From Kiritimatiellia bacterium (GTDB lineage: Bacteria > Verrucomicrobiota > Kiritimatiellia > RFP12 > JBMNHG01), in contig JBMNHG010000002.1 in NCBI GenBank assembly GCA_050950285.1, positions 568,654-632,653 on the forward strand: a stretch of DNA of 64,000 nt, read 5' to 3'. Below are positions 1 to 8,386 of this stretch, in pieces (the stretch's first letter is position 1; each line of letters starts with the position of its first letter). The notes under the pieces were generated by a model that did not search any database, was not told the DNA's origin, and saw only the letters and a list, made by a program, of their open reading frames with translations. A program made the position numbers and the translations under genes.

Positions 1-141
1 TGAATGATAAAGTATATCACATCCCCACCCTCCCCACAAACCTTTTTTTGGGCGCCCGCCGGGGGCGCGGGCAATCGCCGGAAATTTGGCCGGAAAAAGC
101 CGGGGGCGGGGAAAAGCGGCCCCGGCGTGGTTTTGCTTGGC

Positions 142-251
142 GAGTCTCTTGCAAAACCCCTTGCGTAAACTGGTCGGGACGGAGCCCGTTCCCCCCATCC
201 GGCCCGCCGGGGACGGCGGTCCCCAGGGGCAAGGGGTTTTGCAAGCGCCTC
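142..251. mobile_element. 110-bp MITE-like element with 23-bp terminal inverted repeats
   Basis: GAGTCTCTTGCAAAACCCCTTGC (142-164) vs GCAAGGGGTTTTGCAAGCGCCTC (229-251): 21/23 inverted match with a perfect inner 17 bp. The interior has short GC hairpins (GGGGACGGCGGTCCCC). No coding capacity. Confidence 0.55.
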
Positions 252-291
252 CTTTGACAAGTGAGGCTTCCCCGCGGCGCGCCGCTCTTTC

Positions 292-320
292 TTGCGCATC
301 CGCCCTCTCCCGCCTATACT
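292..320 (+). promoter_or_regulatory. sigma70-like promoter for the flavin reductase-thiM unit
   Basis: TTGCGC (292-297), 17-bp spacer, TATACT (315-320), about 55 bp upstream of ATG 377. Confidence 0.5.
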
Positions 321-376
321 GGGTGGCTCCTATTGCCGGATGCTCCGCCACCACCCCCTCCGTTGGAGAACATGCC

Positions 377-886
377 ATGCGACCCATCGCGATTCCCGAT
401 CTTTCGCTGAAACCCTTCGACACGTTCAACCAAGGCTGGTACCTGCTTGCGGCGGGCGATTTCGCCGCGGGGGCGTGGAACTGCATGACCGTCTCCTGGG
501 GCTTCCTGGGGACGATGTGGAACAAGCCCGTGGCGCAAATCGTGGTGCGCCCGCAGCGCCACACCCGCGAGTTCCTGGACCGCCACCCGACCTTCACCCT
601 CTCGCAGTTCGGACCGGAACACCGGAAGGCCCTCGCCGTGCTGGGCTCGAAAAGCGGCCGCGACGGCGACAAGGTGGCCGAGGCGGGATTGACGCCCGTC
701 GCCGCCTCCGCAGTGCCGGCGCCGACTTTCGCCGAGGCGGCGCAGGTGTTCGAGTGCCGGATCCTCTTCCGCCAGGAGATGGCCCGCGACGCCTTCCTGG
801 AGCCGTCGATCCTCGCCGAATGCTATCCGGGCGACGACCGCCACATCGCGTACATCGGCGAAGTGGTCGCGGCGGCGCGCCGCTGA
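377..886 (+). CDS. flavin reductase family protein (FMN-binding split barrel)
   Basis: WNCMTVSWGFLGTMWNKP...VRPQRHT...LGSKSGRDGDK...H..YIGEV motifs. ATG 377 follows GGAGA. Confidence 0.85.
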   Translation: MRPIAIPDLSLKPFDTFNQGWYLLAAGDFAAGAWNCMTVSWGFLGTMWNKPVAQIVVRPQRHTREFLDRHPTFTLSQFGPEHRKALAVLGSKSGRDGDKVAEAGLTPVAASAVPAPTFAEAAQVFECRILFRQEMARDAFLEPSILAECYPGDDRHIAYIGEVVAAARR

Positions 887-941
887 TTCCGCGCCCGGCG
901 CATCTTCCCCCAACCCTCCCTCTCCTCCGAACGACCTTCCC

Positions 942-1793
942 ATGATCCCGTCTTCCTCTCTTTCCGCCGTGCGATCCGGCACCCCGCTGGTTCACTGCAT
1001 CACGAACGTGGTAACGGTGAACGACGTTGCCAACGCGCTCCTGGCCATCGGCGCGAGCCCCGTGATGTCCGACGAGCCGGACGACGCGCCCGGCATCGCC
1101 TCGCTCGCCTCCGCGCTGGTGTTGAACATCGGCACGCTGAACCACCGCTCCATCGAGGCGATGCGGGCGGCCGGGCGCGTGGCGAACCGGCGCGGCATCC
1201 CCGTGGTGCTCGACCCCGTGGGGGCCGGCGCCACCGCATTCCGCACCGACACCGCACGAAGCCTTCTCGCCGGCCTGCGGATTGCCGCGATCCGCTGCAA
1301 CCTCTCCGAGTTCAAGGCGGTCGCGGGCATCGGCGAAGGCGAGACCTACGGCGTGGATGCCGCCGCCGCCGACGCGATCACCCCCGCGACGCTCCCCGTC
1401 CTGGCCCGCGCGCTGCGCGACTTCGCCGCCGGGCACGACTGCCTCGTGGCGGTCACCGGCGCGATCGACCTCGTCTGTTCCGGCACCCGCGCCCTGGCCG
1501 TCCACAACGGGCGCCCCGAGATGGCGCGGATCACGGGCACGGGGTGCCAGCTCACGGCGCTGGCCGCGGCCTTCCTCGCCTCCGTCCCGGACGAAGCGGG
1601 AGGCGACGCCCCCTTGCAGGCGCTCGCCACCGCCGTCGCCGCGATGGGCGTGGCCGGGGAGATCGCCTTCGCGCGCCTCCGCCCCGAAGAGGGCAACGCC
1701 ACCTACCGGGATCGCATCCTGGACGTGCTCTACCACCTCGACGGGGAAACCCTCGACGCCAAAGCCCGGATCGACGACGTGGCGGGCTACTAA
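942..1793 (+). CDS. thiM: hydroxyethylthiazole kinase
   Basis: PLVHCITNVVTVNDVANALLAIGASPVM, LNIGTL, VVLDPVGAGATAFR, ITGTGC. Confidence 0.95.
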   Translation: MIPSSSLSAVRSGTPLVHCITNVVTVNDVANALLAIGASPVMSDEPDDAPGIASLASALVLNIGTLNHRSIEAMRAAGRVANRRGIPVVLDPVGAGATAFRTDTARSLLAGLRIAAIRCNLSEFKAVAGIGEGETYGVDAAAADAITPATLPVLARALRDFAAGHDCLVAVTGAIDLVCSGTRALAVHNGRPEMARITGTGCQLTALAAAFLASVPDEAGGDAPLQALATAVAAMGVAGEIAFARLRPEEGNATYRDRILDVLYHLDGETLDAKARIDDVAGY

Positions 1794-2094
1794 CCCGGCC
1801 ACAAATAGCGCCGCGCGCGGAGATTCAGGCATTGGGAGCTGGAATTTGGAGTTGGGAAAGGGGCACGGACATTCCTGTCCGTGTCACGGGTTGGAAAACC
1901 CGTGCGGAAAGGGGCACGGACATTCCTGTCCGTGTCACGGGTTGGAAAACCCGTACGGAAAGGGGCACGGACATTCCTGTCCGTGTCACGGGTTGGAAAA
2001 CCCGTGCGGAAAGGGGCACGGACATTCCTGTCCGTGTCACGGGTTGGAAAACCCGTGCCCCTGTTTTGCAGCATGAATTGTGGCCGAGTTCGTA
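1788..2094 (+). mobile_element. MITE/REP-like element, copy A (contains the 4x51-bp tandem array)
   Basis: Ends TACTAACCCGGCCACAA / TTGTGGCCGAGTTCGTA form a 17-bp imperfect inverted repeat. Homologous copies lie at 32784-32865, 42122-42275 and 44308-44439. Confidence 0.8.
1855..2058. repeat. tandem array of 4 x 51 bp, each unit carrying two hairpins
   Basis: Unit GGAAAGGGGCACGGACATTCCTGTCCGTGTCACGGGTTGGAAAACCCGT(G/A)C starts at 1855, 1906, 1957 and 2008. Hairpins are CACGGACA-TTCC-TGTCCGTG and CACGGGTT-GGAA-AACCCGTG. Confidence 0.95.
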
Positions 2095-2126
2095 GCCCGC
2101 CGCGCCGCACGGCGTCCCCCTCCCCC

Positions 2127-2789
2127 ATGCACATCCCGTCGCGTCCCATCCAGGCCCAGCGCATCCGGTCGTTCGCCGACGCGCTCGCCGCGGAATCCTC
2201 GAACGAGGGCGGATACGATCGCGCCCGCTGGCTGTACGTCCCGGACACCTACTGCGACTACCGCTACCTGCTGGGCGTTCGCGGCGAACGGACGCTCCTG
2301 TGCCTGGGCGCGAACCCCTCCACCGCGGTTCCGGGCGGCTTGGACAACACGCTCAAGTCCGTCTCGCGCATCGCGGCGTCAAACGGCTTCGACTCGTGGA
2401 TGATGCTGAACGTCTACGCCCAGCGGGCCACGCGGCCGTCGGACATGGACGAAGCGCCCGATGCGCGCCTCCACGCCGAGAACCTCGCCGCCTTCCGCTG
2501 GATGCTCGCGCAGGGCCGCGCGCGCCCCGTGGTCTGGGCGGCCTGGGGGACGGTGATCGAACAGCGCGCCTACCTTCCGGACTGCGTGGGGGATCTGGTT
2601 GAAGCCGGCGAATCCTCCGGCGCGGAGTGGGTCTGCGCGGGCAAGCGCTCCAAGGCGGGGCACCCCCACCATCCGCTCTACCTGAAGAAAGACGAGCCGC
2701 TCCGCCCCTTCGACGTCCGCGGCTACCTCGCGGGCTGGAAGGTCCGGGCGGAGGCGCGCGCCGGGCGGCCTCAGCGGTGTCGCAGGTAG
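2127..2789 (+). CDS. DUF1643 domain protein
   Basis: YRYLL...LGANPSTA...DNT...GF...MLNVYAQRATRP...VWAAWG...GHPHHPLY. Start placed at ATG 2127 because the in-frame upstream extension is only the repeat array. Confidence 0.8.
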   Translation: MHIPSRPIQAQRIRSFADALAAESSNEGGYDRARWLYVPDTYCDYRYLLGVRGERTLLCLGANPSTAVPGGLDNTLKSVSRIAASNGFDSWMMLNVYAQRATRPSDMDEAPDARLHAENLAAFRWMLAQGRARPVVWAAWGTVIEQRAYLPDCVGDLVEAGESSGAEWVCAGKRSKAGHPHHPLYLKKDEPLRPFDVRGYLAGWKVRAEARAGRPQRCRR

Positions 2790-3577
2790 GTGAAGCCCAC
2801 GCAGGCGCGTTCGACCATCATCGTGGCGAAGAGGATGGGGTGGCGCAGGACGCGCCGCCACTTCCCGTTTTCGACGAAGACGCCGAAGAAGCGGTATCCC
2901 GCGCCGAACTGCTTGCGGACGATGGCGTCGTTGTTCCACTTCGTCCGATAGGCCGCGAAACTGCCGGCGTAGTAGGCCTTCTTCCGGAGCACCCGGCGCA
3001 GGGTGAGCCGGGCTTCGTCGTGGAGGAGATGCCCGTCGGTGAGGGCCACGCGGGAGGTCACGGCGAGGACGCGGCGGTCGAGATCCCAGTCCTCCGCCGC
3101 CCAGAGGGACTCGTCGTAGCCGCCGCTCCGTCCGAAAACGGCGCGCCGTATCACGCGGAAGGCGTCGATGCAGGTGGCGTCGTAGAACGAGCGCTCGAAG
3201 TTGCGGGCCTTCACCCGCAGGCCGCTTCCCGTGCGGATCTCGCGCACCCAGAGGGCGTCGGGCGCATCCGGCGCGGAGAGGCGGCCGACGATCTCGCGTC
3301 CCGTCGCCTCGGGCAGGATCATGTCCGCGTCGAGGAAGAGCAGGAACTCGCCGGCGGCCTCGCGCGCGCCGCGATTGCGCTGGGCGCTTCGTTCGGGGCC
3401 TTGCTCGAAAACGCGCGCGCCCGCCTCGCGCGCCAGTTCGCGGGTGCGGTCCGTCGAGGCGTTGTCGACCACGATGACTTCCGCCACGCCGGCATCGACC
3501 AGCGGGCGGAGCGACGCGACGCTGGTGGCGATGTGGGCCTCTTCGTTCTTCGTCGGGATGATGCAGGAGAGCAGCAT
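2771..3577 (-). CDS. glycosyltransferase family 2
   Basis: SCIIPTKNEE, VIVVDNASTDRT, RNRGA, FLDAD, GGYDE..AEDWDL. Confidence 0.9.
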   Translation of the reverse strand: MLLSCIIPTKNEEAHIATSVASLRPLVDAGVAEVIVVDNASTDRTRELAREAGARVFEQGPERSAQRNRGAREAAGEFLLFLDADMILPEATGREIVGRLSAPDAPDALWVREIRTGSGLRVKARNFERSFYDATCIDAFRVIRRAVFGRSGGYDESLWAAEDWDLDRRVLAVTSRVALTDGHLLHDEARLTLRRVLRKKAYYAGSFAAYRTKWNNDAIVRKQFGAGYRFFGVFVENGKWRRVLRHPILFATMMVERACVGFTYLRHR

Positions 3578-3610
3578 GGGCGGAGTCCTGTCGATGCGGG
3601 TGTTTGCGGG

Positions 3611-5017
3611 CTACTTCACGATGAAGAAATGGAACGAGAAGCGCGGGTCCGTCAGGGTTTCGATGGCGGGGAGCACGGCGGAGAGGGGCATGTCCGGCGG
3701 GGCGAAGACGAAGAGCGCGGCGAGGCCCTTCAGCTCCTTCGTCTTGGCGAGAAGCATGGGCCAATCGTCGAGGGGGATGTCCTGCGGGGTGAGTTTGGGG
3801 TCGAGGGAATTGGGGTCGGACCAGTCCTCGTGGATGAAGGTGGCCGTCGCCTTCCAGGCGCCGTCCCCGTCCTTCGCCATGTGCAATTCCCAGGGCTGGG
3901 TGGCGCGGTTTTCGCGTGCGCGCCAGGCCTCGTTCGGGAGGAAGGCGCGGAAATAGGGCTGTCCGGCGGGGGGCGCCTCCACGCGGATGCCGTTTTCGCC
4001 GTCGATGCGATCGAGCGCCTGCGCGAGGAGGGTGGCGGAGCCCAGCGTCACGGCGGGGTCGAAGCCGACGGTCACAAAGGGGTCGAAGCCATCCTGGGCC
4101 ATTCGGGCGAAGGCGGTGAAGAGGGCCGTGGCGTCGACGGAGTCGAGCAGGGCGGTGCCGCCCTCGCTCACGGAGAAGCGGAGGGCGGCGAGCCCTTCCC
4201 CGTCCGCAGGCGAGACGCGCAGGGCGAGGCTGCGGACGCGGGGCAGGCCGTCGTCGCGCGTTGCCGGGCGGATGCGCACGCGCAGGAGGGTCCCTTCGGC
4301 GGGGACCTTTCCGGGGGAGTGCACGTACGTCTCGTACACGGCGCCCTGGGGGGCCCGGCGGGGCACGTCGAGCACGCTGAAGCGTTCGTTGTAGGTGGCG
4401 AGGATGGAGCGGGGCTGCTCGTCGTCGGCGATGCAGGTCGCGTCGTCGCCTTCGCCCGACCATTGGGAGCCGGTATAGACGAAGCCGACGGCGGGCAGGG
4501 TGGCGCCGGCGCGGCGGTCGAGCACCCACTCCTCGATGGGGGACCAGTCGCCCTCGGGATAGGCGGCGCTCTCGACGATGACGCGTTCGCCCTTCGACCA
4601 GTAGGCGTACGAAGCGGGATCGGCGATGCGGCCTCGGGGCACGCCGACGAACTCGATGGCGCGGGCGACGTCGCCTGCGGCGGCGAAGGTTTGCGCGAAG
4701 GCCTCGTAGCCCTTTTCGCTGCCGGGGCCGATCAAGAGGAATTCGACGGTGTTGTCCGCGTAGAGGCCGCAGGTCTCGGCGAGGAGTTCGACCGCCCCGG
4801 CGTCGCGGTCGGCCACGATGCCGTTCCGCGACCAGACGGCGTCGCCGCCGCGGACGACGGCGGGATGCTCCGCGGTCCAGCGCTCCACGGCGGCGCGGTT
4901 CCGGGCGGCGTAGGGTTTTTCGGCGCCGGGCTCCTGCGCGCGGGAGGGGGCGGCGGCGAGCGCGGCGAGCGCAAGCAGCGCGAAGGCGGAACGGAGGGTC
5001 GGGGTGGATGTCGTCAT
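3611..5017 (-). CDS. exported hypothetical protein, YdjY-like N-terminal domain
   Basis: Signal peptide (FALLALAALAAAPSRA). The VEFLLIG..SEKGYE and FVYTGS segments resemble the YdjY domain as recalled. RBS GAGGAG precedes ATG 5017. Confidence 0.6.
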   Translation of the reverse strand: MTTSTPTLRSAFALLALAALAAAPSRAQEPGAEKPYAARNRAAVERWTAEHPAVVRGGDAVWSRNGIVADRDAGAVELLAETCGLYADNTVEFLLIGPGSEKGYEAFAQTFAAAGDVARAIEFVGVPRGRIADPASYAYWSKGERVIVESAAYPEGDWSPIEEWVLDRRAGATLPAVGFVYTGSQWSGEGDDATCIADDEQPRSILATYNERFSVLDVPRRAPQGAVYETYVHSPGKVPAEGTLLRVRIRPATRDDGLPRVRSLALRVSPADGEGLAALRFSVSEGGTALLDSVDATALFTAFARMAQDGFDPFVTVGFDPAVTLGSATLLAQALDRIDGENGIRVEAPPAGQPYFRAFLPNEAWRARENRATQPWELHMAKDGDGAWKATATFIHEDWSDPNSLDPKLTPQDIPLDDWPMLLAKTKELKGLAALFVFAPPDMPLSAVLPAIETLTDPRFSFHFFIVK

Positions 5018-5071
5018 GGGCTCCTCTCTTTCGGAATGGCGGGACAAGGACGGAAACAGGATGGAGGGGGA

Positions 5072-6265
5072 TCACCCCGCCGGGATGTCGACGAGGCTGG
5101 CGCCGGGGCCGGGCCTGACGATGCGGACTTCGCAATCGTGGCCGGCCTCGTGTCGGAAGGCGGAGGCAAGGGCGGCCATGGCGGTGGCGGCGGAACGGGG
5201 CTGGACGAGCATCACGGCGCTGCCGCCGAAGCCGCCGCCGGAGAGGCGCGCGCCCAGGATGCCCGGAATCTTCCGGGCTGCGTCCACGGCGATATCGAGC
5301 TTGCGGCTGGAGTTCTCGAAGTAGTCGCGCGAGGAGGCGTGCGACTCGAACATCAGGCGTCCGAATCCCACGAGGTCGCCCGCTTCGAGCATCCGGATGC
5401 CGTCGGCGACGCGGCGGGTTTCGCCGATGGGGTGGGCGGCGCGGCGCGCCGCCATGGGGTCGATTTCGGCGTGGTGGGCCTGCCACTCCTCCCAGGAGAC
5501 GTCGCGGAGCGCGGTGACGGGGTGCGGCAGGATCTTCGCGAAGGCGGCGGCGGCGGCTTCGCATGCGGCGCGCCGCTGGTTGTACTCGCCGTCCACCAGC
5601 GCATGTTTTTCGAGGGTGTCGCACATCAGGAAGCAGGCGTCGGCCCCGAGCGGCTTGGTCCGCACTTCGAGCGTGCGGAAGTCGGTGGACACGAGGCAGC
5701 CGGGCGCGCCGAAGAGGCTCGACACCTGGTCGAGCAGGCCGCACTTCACGCCGGCGAACCCGTGTTCGGCGGCCTGGCAGATCCTGGCCATCTGGAGGCG
5801 GTCCACGGCGATGTCGTAGAGTCCGGCGAGCGCGAGGCCGGTGCAGACCTCGAGGGCGGCGGAGCTGGAGAGGCCGCTGCCGGTGGGGATGTCGCCCATC
5901 ACGACGGCGTCGAAGCCGGAGGGGATTGGGGCGATCGCGGCGAGTCCGGCGAGAACGCCCCGGCTGTAGTTCGACCACGGTTCGGCCGTCGAGGGGGCGA
6001 TTCCATCGAGCCCGAAGGAGGTCTCGCGCCCCATGTTGCCGGAGACGATGCGGCAGAGGCGGTCGGGGCGGCGCGCCGCGGCGAAGGCGATGCCGAGGTC
6101 GATGGCGGCGGAGAGGACGAGGCCCTCGTTGTAGTCCGTGTGGTTGCCCAGCACCTCGATGCGGCCGGGGGCGTACGCCGCGGCTTCCGGCGCCCGTCCG
6201 AAGGCGCCGGTGAATCTGGCGAGGGTGGATGCGATGAGCCGTCCGGAGTTTTCGGTGGTGTCCAT
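5072..6265 (-). CDS. galK: galactokinase
   Basis: APGRIEVLGNHTDYNEG, IPTGSGLSSSAALE, CGLLDQ, GARLSGGGFGG. Confidence 0.93.
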   Translation of the reverse strand: MDTTENSGRLIASTLARFTGAFGRAPEAAAYAPGRIEVLGNHTDYNEGLVLSAAIDLGIAFAAARRPDRLCRIVSGNMGRETSFGLDGIAPSTAEPWSNYSRGVLAGLAAIAPIPSGFDAVVMGDIPTGSGLSSSAALEVCTGLALAGLYDIAVDRLQMARICQAAEHGFAGVKCGLLDQVSSLFGAPGCLVSTDFRTLEVRTKPLGADACFLMCDTLEKHALVDGEYNQRRAACEAAAAAFAKILPHPVTALRDVSWEEWQAHHAEIDPMAARRAAHPIGETRRVADGIRMLEAGDLVGFGRLMFESHASSRDYFENSSRKLDIAVDAARKIPGILGARLSGGGFGGSAVMLVQPRSAATAMAALASAFRHEAGHDCEVRIVRPGPGASLVDIPAG

Positions 6266-6282
6266 GGCGGGGGTTCCTGGGA

Positions 6283-8313
6283 TCAGCGGGGTTCGGGAGC
6301 GGTGCGTTCGATGGCGAGCGCGGTGCGGGCGGGGAGGTATACGCGGATGAAATGGCGGAGCTCGCGGCCGATGGTGCGGGCGGTGCAGGGGTAGTCCTGC
6401 CCCGGGGCGATGCGGGACTGGCCGTCGTAGGCGGCGGCGTCCGTGTCGAGCACGCCGCGATAGCGGCCGGGCGCCACCTCCACGTCGAAATCGGCGAGGG
6501 AGTCGGAAGGGTGGAAGTTGAAGAGGAAGAGCATCGAGGCGCGACGGAAGACGAGCACCTTCGCGGCGTCGTCCGCCAGCAGCAAAGACGGCGCGCCGCT
6601 TTCGAGCGTCCGGCGGCGGGACAGCGCATGGAGCATGTCGCGGTCGAACTCCGCGAGCGCGTGGAAGCGCAGGGCGGGGTCGTCGCGCAGGTGCCACTGG
6701 CGGCGGGCGTAGCGGTAGGAGAAGGCGTTGCCTTCGCGCGGGAAATCCACCCATTCGGGATGTCCGAACTCGTTTCCCATGAAGGCGAGGTAGGCGTGGC
6801 CGGCGGTGGCGAGGGTGGCGAGGCGCGCCATCTTGTGCAGGGCAACCGCCCGTTCGGCCACGGGCGAAGGGACGCCGCGCGCCATCGCGCCGTAGATTTC
6901 GGCGTCCATCATCTGGAAGAGGAAGGTCTTGCCGCCCACGAGGGCCTGGTCGTGCGATTCCACGTAGCTCACCGTGCGCTCGTCGGCGCGGCGGTCCACG
7001 AGCGAATGCCAGAGGAAGCCCATGGACCAGTCGTCGTCCCGGATGTCGCGCACGAGCTTGAACCAGGCCTCGGTCACGCCCATGGCGAGGCGGTAGGAGA
7101 AGCCGGCGCCGCCTTCGCCGGGCGGGGCGGCAAGCCCCGGCATGCCGCTCACGTCCTCGGCCACCGTGATGGCGTCGGGCCGCACGTCGTGGATGACCTG
7201 GTTGGCGAGGCGGCAATAGGTCCAGGCGTCCTCGTCCACCCGATCGTCGAAATACTGGCCGTAGTGGACGAAGTCCACGCCGAGGCCGTGGTGGAGGTAG
7301 AGCATCGAGGTGACGCCGTCGAAGCGGTAGCCGTCGAAGTGGAACTCGTCGAGCCAATAGCGGCAGTTCGAGAGCAGGAAGTGCAGCACGGGCGTCTTCC
7401 CGTAGTCGAAGCAGCGGGAGTCCCACGCCGAGTGCCAGCCGCGCGGGCCGTCGTGGAAGTATTGGTGCGGCGTGCCGTCGAAGAGCGAGAGGCCGTCGCG
7501 TTCGTTCCGGACGGCATGGGAGTGCACGAGGTCCATGATGACGGCCAGGCCGAGCCCGTGGGCGTCGTCCACCAGCGCCTTGAGCTCCTCCGGCGTGCCG
7601 AAGCGCGACGAGGCGGCGAAGAACGACGACACGTGGTATCCGAAGGAGCCGTAGTAGGGGTGCTCCATCACGGCCATGAGCTGGATCGTGTTGTAGCCGG
7701 CGTCGGCGATGCGCGGGAGGATGTTCCGGCGGAACTCGTCGTAGGTGCCCACGCCCTCGCGCTCCTGGGCCATGCCCACATGGGCTTCGTAGAGGAGCGG
7801 CGCGCGGTCCGCGGGCACGCGGAAGTCCGGATGGCGCCAGCGGTAGGGCTCGGGCGGATCCCAGACCTGCGCGGAGAAGAGGTGGGTCGAGGCATCCTGG
7901 ACCACGCGGCGCGCATAGGCGGGGATGCGCTCGCCGCGGCCGCCGTCCCAGGCGACTTCCAGGCGGTAGTGCCGGCCGTGGCGGAGGGCGTCCGCCGGGA
8001 GGCGGATTTCCCAGTCGCCGGCGTCGCCCGGCAGGCGTTGCAGGGCGAAGCGCGGTTCCACCCGCCATTCGCTGAAGTCCCCCACGAGCGCGATGGCCGT
8101 GGCGTTGGGCGCCCATTCGCGGAAGACCCATCCGCCGTCCGGCGCGCGGTGGAGGCCGTAGTATTCGTGGGCGCAGGCGAAGCCGGCGAGCGAGCCGGGG
8201 CCGCGCGCCAGTTCGGCGGCGCGCAGCACGGCGAGCTCCTCGCGGCGGCGCAAGGCGCTGCGGAAGGGGTCGAGGTACGGGTCGTCGGTCAGTCTGGCGA
8301 TAGAAGGAGGCAT
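6283..8313 (-). CDS. glgB: 1,4-alpha-glucan branching enzyme (GH13, eukaryote/Bacteroidota-like subtype)
   Basis: FREWAPNA, YEAHVGM, GYNTIQLMAVMEHPYYGSFGYHV, FDGYRFDGVTSM, AEDVSG, YVESHDQALVG, FMGNEFGHPEW. Confidence 0.92.
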   Translation of the reverse strand: MPPSIARLTDDPYLDPFRSALRRREELAVLRAAELARGPGSLAGFACAHEYYGLHRAPDGGWVFREWAPNATAIALVGDFSEWRVEPRFALQRLPGDAGDWEIRLPADALRHGRHYRLEVAWDGGRGERIPAYARRVVQDASTHLFSAQVWDPPEPYRWRHPDFRVPADRAPLLYEAHVGMAQEREGVGTYDEFRRNILPRIADAGYNTIQLMAVMEHPYYGSFGYHVSSFFAASSRFGTPEELKALVDDAHGLGLAVIMDLVHSHAVRNERDGLSLFDGTPHQYFHDGPRGWHSAWDSRCFDYGKTPVLHFLLSNCRYWLDEFHFDGYRFDGVTSMLYLHHGLGVDFVHYGQYFDDRVDEDAWTYCRLANQVIHDVRPDAITVAEDVSGMPGLAAPPGEGGAGFSYRLAMGVTEAWFKLVRDIRDDDWSMGFLWHSLVDRRADERTVSYVESHDQALVGGKTFLFQMMDAEIYGAMARGVPSPVAERAVALHKMARLATLATAGHAYLAFMGNEFGHPEWVDFPREGNAFSYRYARRQWHLRDDPALRFHALAEFDRDMLHALSRRRTLESGAPSLLLADDAAKVLVFRRASMLFLFNFHPSDSLADFDVEVAPGRYRGVLDTDAAAYDGQSRIAPGQDYPCTARTIGRELRHFIRVYLPARTALAIERTAPEPR

Positions 8314-8386
8314 CGGGGGGGAGTATACCCCAAGAAAAAGCGGCGCGCCGCATTTTTTCCAGGGAAATCTGAAATCGCGTGGTCCG

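Noticed and set aside
190..941. TPP riboswitch upstream of thiM
   Set aside because: No GCTGAGA / CCTGA core could be found upstream of either the flavin reductase gene or thiM.
1855..2058. CRISPR array
   Set aside because: The units are contiguous and near-identical with no unique spacers, and no cas genes are in the window.
2379..6845. Very long alternative-frame ORFs (also 17028-21266, 25280-28270, 47065-50337 and others)
   Set aside because: These are Arg/Pro/Gly-rich shadow ORFs expected from high GC3, and they overlap well-supported genes.
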